Below are positions 8,319 through 17,133 of a stretch of DNA of 32,000 nt, piece by piece (positions within the stretch are counted from its first letter, which is position 1; every line of letters starts with the position of its first letter). Under the pieces are notes generated by a model, which saw only the letters and a program-made list of their open reading frames with translations, was not told the origin of the DNA and made no database searches. The translations under genes and the position numbers were made by a program. This stretch comes from Candidatus Korarchaeum cryptofilum OPF8 (GTDB lineage: Archaea; Korarchaeota; Korarchaeia; Korarchaeales; Korarchaeaceae), in the NCBI RefSeq assembly GCF_000019605.1, contig NC_010482.1, positions 1,470,001 to 1,502,000 of the forward strand, read 5' to 3'.

Positions 8319-10300
8319 ATACCATCCCCCGAATCCTCCAAAAGTAGTTGAGTGACCCTCTCAAAATCCCCTGATCTCATGTAAGATCTCATAACCGGGA
8401 GTATCACGGCTAGTATTATCAGGGCGCCCAGTGGCCCTGAGATAGGGGAGAGGGGGCTAGATTTCACGATCAAAACGACGCTAGTACCTATCGCATTCAG
8501 AACACCGCCTATCGCGAAACCTGCGAAGAAGGGAACGGCTTTATCCTGGAGGAAGGTTTCACCTCCATATCTCTCAGCTAAGAACCTCAATAGGCTAGTT
8601 AGCATGTAGAGAGCAGCGTATCCCGGGAGTAAGAGCCCAAGAAGGATCCCTAGGGCGCTTATGCCGAATATAGGGAAGATCCCCTTAATTATGAACGGGA
8701 TCGCACCTATGAGAAATCCCTCGAGGAAGTAAATAGGATCCCATCCTTCTAGCTGATCCATCACCGTGAGGAGCCCCTCCTCCGGATAGGTCGTTACCGC
8801 CATCTCCAGGGGCTTCTTAGCGGCTCCCCATATGTGGAATGAGAGGAGAAGGAGCAAGGAGCCTGCTAAAGCTCCGAAGACTATCCCGAAGACTTGGGCC
8901 CTGAAAATAGTCTTAGCTTTTATATTGAGCTCCGATGAGAACTTGAACCCCTCGGCTGAAGCTGTAGGCTGAGCCGATATGGAGTCAGTAACCATAGCAT
9001 TAGCGGCTCCTGAGAAGAAGGCATCTGAGGATGCTCTACTGAAGATGCCGGAGGAGAAGAATATCTGATCCAAGATACCCCTTATCCCCAGATTGATCGG
9101 TACTATCCAATTGCTCATCCCGAGGGTCCATATGTAGCCCTGCCAGTAGATCGCTTGAAGTATCAGGATAGCTAAAGCTATAGCAGGACTCATCCCCAGG
9201 ATCGATAGGAGGAATATGCTAAAGATGAAGGTCAGGGCCCATCCTATGAGGAGCCACTTCCTCGAGAGGGGCTCATCTCTCCACTCCCTGAAGTTCCTCA
9301 CTATATACTTAGCCCCCACGAGGATGGGAATTAGACCTACGGCGACGTAGACTCCTGTGCTGAGATGGTACCATGGCAACGGGCCATTGACAGCGGCATT
9401 TGATGAATAGAATGAGAAGTCATGGCCGCTCTCGTAGGGAAGGAGGCCCATCCTCACTAAGACCGGGGGTATGAGTAAGTATGCGACTATGGCAGTTATC
9501 CATATCGATACCTGTATCCCCAGGGGTATCAGGAAGGACCATGCAATTAGATCCGGTGTTATCTGAGTCCCCTGATCCATACCGAAGGCCCCTCCCGGGA
9601 AGGAGCTCTGGAGGTAAGGGGTGAGATCGAACCTCAGGTCTGCCGTTGGGAACTCCTCCCATATAGCTTCCAAGAGATGCCCTCTCTGGAAGAGGCTGAT
9701 TATGAAACCTGATAGGATTCCAAGATATAATATTCTCAGTTTAATCCCTCTTTCCTTCAAGATTTTTGAGAATTTTGCGCCGACGGTAGCGACGGGGAAG
9801 ACCAGCTTCTCCCTCTCTATGTAAAATCTCCTCAATGGTATCACGTTGAAGTAAGAGAAGAGAGTGAGGATAATCGCGAAGAGAACTACATAAGTTAGTG
9901 GAAGGATCCAGGCTCCCCAGTTTATGCTGCCGCCCAGGAGAAGGCTCCTCATAGCGTCCTCATCCCTAGGTACTAGGAAGTCTGGGAGGATCTGCCTAAG
10001 TGGGAAGTCCCTCGAGAGGCCCGCGATGGCCCAAGATGGGAGTATGTACTGCCAACCTATGAAGAGGACTGTCATAACCTCAACCGATCCGAATATAACT
10101 CCCATCTCCCCGAAGGACAGGGGTCTCTTGCTCATACTTGAAAGAGCGTATGAGATAGCTAGTATGACGAGAGCAGCTTCCCCAGTCCAGCTGTAGCCAC
10201 CGGCCCCCCTTATCACAGTCTGACCGAAGAGTATGAGGAGACCGAACGCTATAGAGAGGAGCAGGGCCCTAGGAGTGAATGCTCTCTCATCCTGTTCCAA
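8315..10300 (-). CDS. Polytopic membrane transporter, OPT (oligopeptide transporter) superfamily-like
   Basis: 661 aa with more than 12 hydrophobic segments. The N-terminal FTPRALLLSI..G, LVFPVATVGAKF and FRAQVFGIVFGALAGS segments resemble OPT motifs as I remember them. It has a TTG start preceded by GGTGAT. Confidence 0.55.
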   Translation of the reverse strand: MEQDERAFTPRALLLSIAFGLLILFGQTVIRGAGGYSWTGEAALVILAISYALSSMSKRPLSFGEMGVIFGSVEVMTVLFIGWQYILPSWAIAGLSRDFPLRQILPDFLVPRDEDAMRSLLLGGSINWGAWILPLTYVVLFAIILTLFSYFNVIPLRRFYIEREKLVFPVATVGAKFSKILKERGIKLRILYLGILSGFIISLFQRGHLLEAIWEEFPTADLRFDLTPYLQSSFPGGAFGMDQGTQITPDLIAWSFLIPLGIQVSIWITAIVAYLLIPPVLVRMGLLPYESGHDFSFYSSNAAVNGPLPWYHLSTGVYVAVGLIPILVGAKYIVRNFREWRDEPLSRKWLLIGWALTFIFSIFLLSILGMSPAIALAILILQAIYWQGYIWTLGMSNWIVPINLGIRGILDQIFFSSGIFSRASSDAFFSGAANAMVTDSISAQPTASAEGFKFSSELNIKAKTIFRAQVFGIVFGALAGSLLLLLSFHIWGAAKKPLEMAVTTYPEEGLLTVMDQLEGWDPIYFLEGFLIGAIPFIIKGIFPIFGISALGILLGLLLPGYAALYMLTSLLRFLAERYGGETFLQDKAVPFFAGFAIGGVLNAIGTSVVLIVKSSPLSPISGPLGALIILAVILPVMRSYMRSGDFERVTQLLLEDSGDGI

Positions 10301-10308
10301 GGGATCAC

Positions 10309-11061
10309 CTAAGCGAGGAGGCCGCTCTTCATATTTAAATGGTGATCAGTTATAGATGAGGATACCTCCTTATCTATCCCTCTCATCTCCCTAATCGCAT
10401 CTATAGCCTCAGGGACCGCCGATAGGATCCCATATAGGGAAAAGATATTGATCGAGCTCCCGTCCTTCGACGGCTCGATGGATCTCAGGAATAGGATGAT
10501 AGAGAATATGGTGTATCTCCTGAAGAACGGGTAGTAGATGCATACCTCATTCAGATCTACCTCGCGATTTATTGAACTCACCCTCCTAGAAGATATTAAA
10601 TGGTCCCTCAGGGTCTCCAAGCTGACTCTCTCCGATAACTCGAGCTCGAGCATGGCTGGCCTGAAGAATGGGCAGCAATATATATCTGAGGTCCATCTGA
10701 TCCTCAATTTACTGAGGGGTATACTGGACAACCTTGAAAGGATGATATCTTTCGGACTCAGCTGGATCCCGGTGCCCTCGAACGTCAACTTAATGCTCAA
10801 CTCATTCGGATCATACTCCATCAGAAAATCGATGCCCTCAAGGAAATCCTCCAGGAATCCCTTTACCTTTATTCCCCTCTCCTTAAAATATTCAAGGCCC
10901 GATTCACTGCAGAATAAATTAGTGACCTCGGATAAATCCTTAGAAATTGAAGTGGGCTTATGGGAGTAGAGTCCTATCACATCTACATCCGGCTGGCTCC
11001 TCAGAGCGTCCATTAAGTGGGCAGCATAGGGATCCTGCCCTATGATCCCTATCCTTATCAT
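10309..11061 (-). CDS. Degenerate, shortened archaeal-type GAPDH homologue (possible pseudoenzyme or decaying gene)
   Basis: 250 aa. The N-terminus (IRIGIIGQDPYAAHLMDALRSQPDVDVIGL...FKERGIKVKGFLEDFLEGIDFLME) and C-terminus (VPEAIDAIREM) align by eye with archaeal GAPDH. The GxGxxG motif, the SCNTT Cys motif and an estimated 65-90 central residues are missing. It has an ATGA overlap with pgk. Confidence 0.5.
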   Translation of the reverse strand: MIRIGIIGQDPYAAHLMDALRSQPDVDVIGLYSHKPTSISKDLSEVTNLFCSESGLEYFKERGIKVKGFLEDFLEGIDFLMEYDPNELSIKLTFEGTGIQLSPKDIILSRLSSIPLSKLRIRWTSDIYCCPFFRPAMLELELSERVSLETLRDHLISSRRVSSINREVDLNEVCIYYPFFRRYTIFSIILFLRSIEPSKDGSSINIFSLYGILSAVPEAIDAIREMRGIDKEVSSSITDHHLNMKSGLLA

Positions 11062-12266
11062 TTAGATGAGCTCTCCCTCAGGGCATCGACAGCTGGCAAG
11101 GGAAGGCCAGCGAGACCGTACATAACAGCGCCTCCAGCTGTGTAAACTTTGCTCCCCTTCACCCCTACCATATCGGCTGCTGCGCTGAGATGTCCACCGC
11201 AGAGGACGGATTCCTTAGCATATTTTTCCATCGCGCTTACTATCTCGAGAGTTCCTCTCCTGGATTCCGGCTTCTCGAATATCCCCATGGGTCCGTTGGC
11301 TATAGCTATATCGGCGCCCTTCAGCTTCTCCTTGTATAGCTCTATCGTACCGACGCCTATATCTATTATCTCGGCATTCTCAGGTATTGCGTAGACTGGG
11401 AAGTTCTCGATCCTACCATCCTCTAGCTTCACTAGGAAATCGACTGGATAGAAGATCCTACCAGGTGCTTCGTTCAGAATCTCCCTGGCCGCTGGGAGTA
11501 GGAGATCCAGATCCTTCATCTTCCTCATCTTCCCGTTCAGCTTATGGCCCGCTGCTAGAGCTAAAAGCATGCCGACCAGCCCCCCGGTCAGGACCTCCGC
11601 TGCTTTATTGTTCCTGACAGCATGCACCATCACTTTCAGCTTATCCGGGACCTTAGCACCTCCTAGTACCAAGATCCTCCTTCCCTTTATTGAATCTAGC
11701 TCCATCATCTCATTCAGCATTTTCTGCATGTTCCTCCCGGCCGCAGAAGGCAGGAGGTATGGGAAAGCTACTAGAGATGGTTGGCTCCTATGGGCGGCCT
11801 GAAATGCATCATTAACATAAGCATCGAATAGAGGAGCTAACTTCTGAACTAAATGGGTCTTTACCAAATCTTTGGGATCCCCCTCTATGTTCTCCTCAGC
11901 CATGAATCTTAAATTCTCGAGCATTATGACATCTCCCTTCTTCATCCTCTTTATTCTCTCCCTGACATCGCTTGAGAATACGCCATCAACGTATTCCACA
12001 TCTATGCCGAGTTCCTTGGAGAGCTCTACCGCATGGGGCTCCGTAGTTATGAAGTCGCTGCTTCCAGGCCTCCCTTGATGAGTTCCAACGACCACAGAAG
12101 CTCCTCTCTCAATTAGTTCCTTTAAAGTCTTAGCGGCTTGCTTTATCTTCTCAATTTCCATTATTTCACCGTTCTCCCCTATTGGAACGTTCATATCCGC
12201 TCTTAAAAAGACCTTCTTGTTCTCGACGTAGAGGTCATCGAGAGTAGGCACCCTTCTGGTCTTCAT
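11058..12266 (-). CDS. pgk: 3-phosphoglycerate kinase
   Basis: 402 aa with FLRADMNVP, GTHQGRPG, FQAAHRS, LGGAKVPDK and GPMGIFE motifs. Confidence 0.95.
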   Translation of the reverse strand: MKTRRVPTLDDLYVENKKVFLRADMNVPIGENGEIMEIEKIKQAAKTLKELIERGASVVVGTHQGRPGSSDFITTEPHAVELSKELGIDVEYVDGVFSSDVRERIKRMKKGDVIMLENLRFMAEENIEGDPKDLVKTHLVQKLAPLFDAYVNDAFQAAHRSQPSLVAFPYLLPSAAGRNMQKMLNEMMELDSIKGRRILVLGGAKVPDKLKVMVHAVRNNKAAEVLTGGLVGMLLALAAGHKLNGKMRKMKDLDLLLPAAREILNEAPGRIFYPVDFLVKLEDGRIENFPVYAIPENAEIIDIGVGTIELYKEKLKGADIAIANGPMGIFEKPESRRGTLEIVSAMEKYAKESVLCGGHLSAAADMVGVKGSKVYTAGGAVMYGLAGLPLPAVDALRESSSK

Positions 12267-12292
12267 GGAGCACCCCTCGCCCGGTGCCAGTG

Positions 12293-12308
12293 AAAATTAA
12301 ATTTTTAT
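12293..12308 (-). promoter_or_regulatory. Candidate TATA box for pgk
   Basis: The minus strand reads ATAAAAATTTAATTTT, centred about 34 nt upstream of the pgk ATG at 12266. Confidence 0.35.
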
Positions 12309-12355
12309 CTCCTTAGGGAGGCAGGCCTCCTTCATAATGGAAAATTTTTTAACAT

Positions 12356-13168
12356 TTATTTTAGGTACTCAGAGAGAGCATCCTTACATGGGCATTCCCT
12401 ACGCTTAGGTATTCTTCTTATAGTTTCCTCAATAAGTCTCGATATATCTTGGATTTTCCTAGAAAATATCTCAATTACTTCCCCTTGTGTCAATTTAACT
12501 GCTCCTGATACTCCTGCCGCATAATTGGTGACTACGGAAATGCTCGCATAACAGATAGCGAGTTCCCTAGCCAGGGAAGCCTCCGGGCATCCTGTCATAC
12601 CGACTATATCTCCCCCAAGTATTGAAAATGCTCTAATTTCAGCAGGAGTCTCAAACCTATTCCCTTCAGTGCAAACGTAGACTCCCCCATCCCTCACACC
12701 TAAGCCCATGTGCTCAGCGGCTTCGATTATGGAAGCTCTTATCTCGGGACAGTAAGTATATGGGGTCATTGAGACATGTACTACACCGCTTACTTCCCTT
12801 CCTCTGACCTTAATTGTGGTCTCTCCGTCATAAAATGTCACATCCCTGCATTTAGTCATATCAATGAAGTCATGAGGTATGACTATTGTCCCGGGTTCTA
12901 GAGCCGGATTTATCGATCCCACCGCGTTTGTGGCGATTATCCTCTCAACTTCAAGCATGTTAAGGGCGTAAAGATTCGCCTTGTAGTTCACTTTATAGGG
13001 AGGGAGCCTGTGCGAGGCTCCGTGCCTCGGTATGAAGGCGACCTCTTCTCCAGCTAGCTCACCGAGCTGGACATCGCAATGGCCGAAGGGAGTATCTAAT
13101 CTCACTATTCTAGGGTTTTCCAAGAGCTCATAAAGCCCGCTCCCACCTATTATGCCTACTCTAACCAT
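12356..13168 (-). CDS. mtnP: 5'-methylthioadenosine (purine nucleoside) phosphorylase
   Basis: Motifs VGIIGGSGLY, IPRHG..H..PP.KVNYKAN, TNAVGS and GMTGCPEASLARELAICYASISVVTNYAAG. The longest ORF starts at 13192. The ATG at 13168 is preferred because GAGGGAT precedes it and it gives the usual M-x-x-VGIIGGSG N-terminus. Confidence 0.9.
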   Translation of the reverse strand: MVRVGIIGGSGLYELLENPRIVRLDTPFGHCDVQLGELAGEEVAFIPRHGASHRLPPYKVNYKANLYALNMLEVERIIATNAVGSINPALEPGTIVIPHDFIDMTKCRDVTFYDGETTIKVRGREVSGVVHVSMTPYTYCPEIRASIIEAAEHMGLGVRDGGVYVCTEGNRFETPAEIRAFSILGGDIVGMTGCPEASLARELAICYASISVVTNYAAGVSGAVKLTQGEVIEIFSRKIQDISRLIEETIRRIPKRRECPCKDALSEYLK

Positions 13169-13201
13169 GATGATCCCTCGATATACCTTCATCGCTGATG
13201 G

Positions 13202-13214
13202 TAATTTTTATAAC
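13202..13214. promoter_or_regulatory. AT-rich TATA-like element between the divergent mtnP and thermosome genes
   Basis: TAATTTTTATAAC is the only AT-rich block in the 73-nt spacer. The thermosome ATG is preceded by GGGGGTG (13254-13260), 5 nt upstream. A GCGCG-N8-CGCGC palindrome lies at 13219-13236. Confidence 0.4.
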
Positions 13215-13265
13215 TCATGCGCGTAAGTACCCGCGCCTAGAGCAAAGTTCTAAGGGGGTGTAAGT

Positions 13266-14930
13266 ATGGCCCTAGCCACAGTCGGTGGGAGACCAGTCCT
13301 GATATTGAAGGAAGGAACTACGAGAACGAGAGGGGATGAAGCTAGAAGGATAAATATAATGGCAGCGAGGGCAATAGCGGACGCTGTTAAGACAACGCTC
13401 GGTCCTAAGGGAATGGATAAGATGATAGTGGATTCGATCGGTGATATAACTGTCAGCAACGATGGGGCCACGATACTGCAGGAGATGGAAGTCGCCCATC
13501 CAGCCGCGAAGCTGATGGTAAACCTGGCCAAAGCTCAGGATAAGGAGGTAGGGGATGGGACGACAACTAGCGTAGTTCTCGCAGGAGAGCTTTTGACGGA
13601 GGCTGAGTCGCTACTGCAGAAGGATATACATCCGACCGTCATAGTCGAGGGTTACGAGAAGGCTCTGAAGTTCGTGGAGCAGGAGCTGGAGAAGCTCGCT
13701 ATAAAAGTCAATCCTGACGATGAGGGATGGCTCATGAAGGTCGCTGAGACAGCTATGAGCAGCAAGCTCGTGAGTGGTGAGAAGAGGAAGCTAGCTGAGA
13801 TAGCTGTTAAGGCTGTTAAAGCTGTCGAGGAGATGAAAGGGGATAAGAGGTACGTAGATATAGATAACGTGAAGATAGTGAAGAAGAAGGGCAAGAGTTT
13901 AGCTGAGACGGAGTTCGTCAAGGGCATAATATTGGACAAGGAAGTCGTCCACGGGGACATGCCGAAGAGCGTTAAGAACGCTAGGATAGCGATTCTAAAT
14001 GTACCGCTTGAGATAAAGAAGCCTGAGATAGACATGGAGGTTCAGATATCATCTCCTCAGGAGCTGAGGGAATTCATAGAGCAGGAGACCAAGATCCTCA
14101 GGGAGAAGGTGGAGAAAATACATTCTGTTGGTGCTAACGTTGTCTTCTGCCAGAAGGGGATAGATGAGGTAGCTCAGCACTTCTTGGCGAAGTACGGTAT
14201 AATGGCAGTTAGGAGAGTAAGCGAGAAGGATATGCAGAGGCTAGAGAAGGCTACTGGAGGAAAAATAGTCAACAATTTGGATGATTTAACTGAAAACGAG
14301 CTTGGAAGAGCCGGACTTGTTGAGGAGAGGAAGATAGGAGACGATAAGATGATATTCATCGAGGAGTGCGAGAACCCGAGGGCTGTCACGATATTGCTGA
14401 GGGCCGGAGCCGATACGATACTGGATGAGGCTGAGAGAGGGCTCAAGGATGCCCTATACGTCATAAGGAACGTAGTTGAGGATGGAAAGGTGTTCCATGG
14501 AGGCGGCTCCATACAGGAGGAGCTAGCGATAAGGCTGAGGGAGTATGCACACTCAGAGAAAGGGAAGGAGCAGCTCGCAATGGAGGCTTTCGCGAATGCT
14601 TTGGAGAGCATCCCTAGGATATTAGCTGAGAACGCTGGCATGGATGCTGTGGATGCGATAGTCGAGCTGAGGAACGCTCACAAGTCAGGTAAGATATCCG
14701 CAGGTATAGATGTCCTCAACGGTAAGGTCGGCGATATGGCTGAGCTCGGAGTCGTCGATACTTACAGGGGAGTGAAGAACGCTATAGCTGCGGCCACTGA
14801 GACAGCTATCCTGATAATAAAGACGGACGATATAATAGCCGCTAAGCCATACGAGGAGAAGGGCAAGGAGAAGGGCAAGGGCGGAGAGGAAGAGGAGGGT
14901 GGCGGTGAGTTTAAATCTGAGTTCGACTGA
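13266..14930 (+). CDS. ths: Thermosome subunit (group II chaperonin)
   Basis: 554 aa with LGPKGMDKM, VSNDGATIL, GDGTTT and VFHGGG motifs and a charged C-terminal tail. Confidence 0.97.
   Translation: MALATVGGRPVLILKEGTTRTRGDEARRINIMAARAIADAVKTTLGPKGMDKMIVDSIGDITVSNDGATILQEMEVAHPAAKLMVNLAKAQDKEVGDGTTTSVVLAGELLTEAESLLQKDIHPTVIVEGYEKALKFVEQELEKLAIKVNPDDEGWLMKVAETAMSSKLVSGEKRKLAEIAVKAVKAVEEMKGDKRYVDIDNVKIVKKKGKSLAETEFVKGIILDKEVVHGDMPKSVKNARIAILNVPLEIKKPEIDMEVQISSPQELREFIEQETKILREKVEKIHSVGANVVFCQKGIDEVAQHFLAKYGIMAVRRVSEKDMQRLEKATGGKIVNNLDDLTENELGRAGLVEERKIGDDKMIFIEECENPRAVTILLRAGADTILDEAERGLKDALYVIRNVVEDGKVFHGGGSIQEELAIRLREYAHSEKGKEQLAMEAFANALESIPRILAENAGMDAVDAIVELRNAHKSGKISAGIDVLNGKVGDMAELGVVDTYRGVKNAIAAATETAILIIKTDDIIAAKPYEEKGKEKGKGGEEEEGGGEFKSEFD
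14856..14879 (+). repeat. Perfect 12-nt tandem duplication (GAGAAGGGCAAG x2) in the thermosome tail
   Basis: Read directly from the sequence. It encodes EKGK-EKGK in the C-terminal tail. Confidence 0.9.
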
Positions 14931-14945
14931 TGGCCCCCGATAGGA

Positions 14946-15830
14946 ATGAAATGGGTCGATAGGGAATCTGGGAAGATCCTCGGGATAAATGCCTTCGATC
15001 TTTTTTTACTACTCATAATTTTGTGTGCCGGCGGCTATTATGCCTATGAGAACTTAGTTCCGCCGCCTCAAGAGGTCAGCTCGTTCTCGGGGTTGAACAT
15101 AAGGAATGCGGCTCTGGAGTACAGTAGGCTCTCGGGTCTGGGCTATCTAGTTTACGCTAGAGTGGATGGTACTTGGACTATGAACGGCACGGAGCTTCAT
15201 GACGATATTCTAATAACCTGGGCTTATGAGACAAGGCTATTCGGATGGTATAAGGGGAGCAGGGTCACGATAGGGGGGCCGAATGCCTACGTTGAGGACA
15301 TCGCTGCTACCCAAATAACATTCAAGACAGCCACGCCCTCCGTAATAAGGATTTATGTGAATCAGATAAATGGAAGCACATTGTCCGAAATATCGGATAG
15401 GTTAGAGGAAATTTCGAGAAATGTGGCAGGTAGATATGGAGTAGGCAATGTCCTGATCAGATCATCTCTCGTCATAAGCGTCCCTGGGTTGAAGCCAGAC
15501 GCCTTCATCTACAGCCAGCTCAGGAATAAGATATACAGTAGGGTACCCTGGGGCTACCCGTATTTCAATCTAGGGGATTCCTACATAACGATAATATTCG
15601 ATTACACTCAGAGGAATTTCCTCACTACAGATGACTTGAGGACGATAGACTCCATACTGAGGGAGCTGAACATAAGTTACAGTGGCGTGATCCTTTACGA
15701 TGGATATGTCTTCATAGGGACCGAGAAGCCCCTGACCGGTGTCTCGGTCTACGCCGAACTTCTGGAGAACGCTAGGAAGTACTCGAATACGATAGATCTA
15801 ACGAAGTTGACGTATACGGTGAAGCCGTGA
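14946..15830 (+). CDS. Hypothetical protein with an N-terminal membrane anchor and a large extracytoplasmic domain
   Basis: 294 aa. It has a single hydrophobic segment (FDLFLLLIILCAGGYYAY) after a short basic N-terminus. The N-terminal pattern loosely resembles DUF4330 proteins as I recall them. It lies 15 nt after the thermosome stop. Confidence 0.6.
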   Translation: MKWVDRESGKILGINAFDLFLLLIILCAGGYYAYENLVPPPQEVSSFSGLNIRNAALEYSRLSGLGYLVYARVDGTWTMNGTELHDDILITWAYETRLFGWYKGSRVTIGGPNAYVEDIAATQITFKTATPSVIRIYVNQINGSTLSEISDRLEEISRNVAGRYGVGNVLIRSSLVISVPGLKPDAFIYSQLRNKIYSRVPWGYPYFNLGDSYITIIFDYTQRNFLTTDDLRTIDSILRELNISYSGVILYDGYVFIGTEKPLTGVSVYAELLENARKYSNTIDLTKLTYTVKP

Positions 15831-15831
15831 G

Positions 15832-17133
15832 GTGCCCCATTTGATCCTCTCTATACTGATCAGATCCTTTAAGAGCTCTCTCATAGGGAGAAAGTTGATT
15901 AGATTAAGGCCATCGATAATAAAGGGGAGCTTCACATATAGAGCTCTAATTTTAATCTATAAGACTCTCAGCGATTCATATGATAGATCTTTCATTGTGA
16001 GATTACTCAGGAAGCTCTGCTACCCGATCGAGAGCAAAGTCACACTCCAAAAATTCCAATTTAAGGAAGGAAGTTTACTGAAAAGGGCTTTAGATATCTT
16101 TCTATCACCATTCATCCTCCCCATAGGCTTCTTATTCTTCTTTATGGTCTCCTTGGTGAGGGTGTGCGAGGGCACCGTCCTCCTACTCCTCCTGACCGTG
16201 ATATCGATGCTACTGGGAATAGCTTTAGCCAGGGCCGAGGAGGAAATGGAGGTGATAGATCCAAGGGGTTTCGTCCTCTTCCTAGGGGCCTCGATGTTCC
16301 TCATAGGTTATGCTGCTTTCATCGTTCAGATAGCGAATGCAGGGGGAATCCCTCTACTGGATGAGCAAGTGAGGCGGAAGCTCTCAGCGGAGCTCAACTA
16401 CCTCTCATGGACTACTGTCCCAGGCGCGGCATTCATACTCTCCTCATCGAAGGTAAGGAGGTGCGAGGCTATCATATTCTCAATAATAGGGTTCATACCA
16501 TCCTTCCTGCTCGCTTTCAGAACGGAGATGATAGCATACATACTCGCGATCCTCACAGTATTGTACAATAGGAAGCTGATAGGATTGGGGTTCATAACGA
16601 CTGCGTTCATGATGCTGATAATATCCTTCATAGGGGTCGGGGCGTTCAGATCCATAGCGACGGGGCTTGTTCAGAATCCGATAATCTCGGTCCTATATAG
16701 ACCGACTATAACTGTCGCAGCTCTAGATACTATCGTTAGACTTTATGGCTTCAGGCCAGTTACAAATGGTTACATCCATCTCGCTGCGATCTCCTCCCTT
16801 GGGCTCATAAGCGGATCTAGATACGGACCCAGGAACCTGATAGGCAGGTACACTCTGGGGAGGACCGATGTATCTACGACGGCCACGCTCATAGGGGGGC
16901 CGCTCTTAGATTGGGGGATCCTAGGGGTCTTGGCTTCCTCCCTCATATACTCCTATATGTTAGCGCTATCCCACAGGTTCTCCAGGGGGAGGGAGGCGCT
17001 TCTAGGTCCTTACGCAGTCTTATACTCATACTTAGTCGTGGGGATCGAGACCGGGGTATTGGATCTCAACGTCTACATCTACCTTTTAATCTCGATCCTC
17101 ATCGTAATATTCTCACTGAGGCCCAAAAGATGA
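15832..17133 (+). CDS. Polytopic membrane protein, Wzy/O-antigen-polymerase-like (paralogue 1)
   Basis: 433 aa with a GTG start 1 nt after the previous stop and about 10 TM segments after a basic 90-aa N-terminus. It shares the motifs LLAFRTEMIAYILAILTVLYNRK and TTATLIGGPLLDWGILGVL with the next gene. Confidence 0.6.
   Translation: MPHLILSILIRSFKSSLIGRKLIRLRPSIIKGSFTYRALILIYKTLSDSYDRSFIVRLLRKLCYPIESKVTLQKFQFKEGSLLKRALDIFLSPFILPIGFLFFFMVSLVRVCEGTVLLLLLTVISMLLGIALARAEEEMEVIDPRGFVLFLGASMFLIGYAAFIVQIANAGGIPLLDEQVRRKLSAELNYLSWTTVPGAAFILSSSKVRRCEAIIFSIIGFIPSFLLAFRTEMIAYILAILTVLYNRKLIGLGFITTAFMMLIISFIGVGAFRSIATGLVQNPIISVLYRPTITVAALDTIVRLYGFRPVTNGYIHLAAISSLGLISGSRYGPRNLIGRYTLGRTDVSTTATLIGGPLLDWGILGVLASSLIYSYMLALSHRFSRGREALLGPYAVLYSYLVVGIETGVLDLNVYIYLLISILIVIFSLRPKR

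Noticed and set aside
12317-12330. A GGAGGC-AG-GCCTCC hairpin downstream of mtnP as an intrinsic terminator.
   Set aside because: The loop is too tight, leaving effectively 5 bp. No clear oligo-T tract follows on the transcribed strand, and archaeal termination does not need hairpins. I left it as unexplained structure rather than an annotated terminator.
13652-14641. Long minus-strand ORFs (13652..14035 and 14174..14641) inside the thermosome gene. Similar shadow ORFs lie opposite pdxA-like (2591..3034), tuf (5237..5572), pgk (11149..11802), the DUF460 gene (23228..23650) and rpoA (30521..30802, 31271..31522).
   Set aside because: They are Ser/Leu/Pro-rich and of low complexity. They lie antisense to genes with unmistakable family motifs. 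This is typical of antisense frames opposite purine-rich (GAR/AAG) coding strands, and none shows a recognisable motif or its own start context.
16911-17129. The track's 466-aa ORF extends the second Wzy-like gene 219 nt upstream into the first one.
   Set aside because: The extension overlaps the well-formed C-terminus of the preceding membrane protein in another frame and encodes a Gly/Arg-rich non-membrane peptide. The ATG at 17130 forms a classic ATGA stop-start overlap and opens directly into a TM segment.
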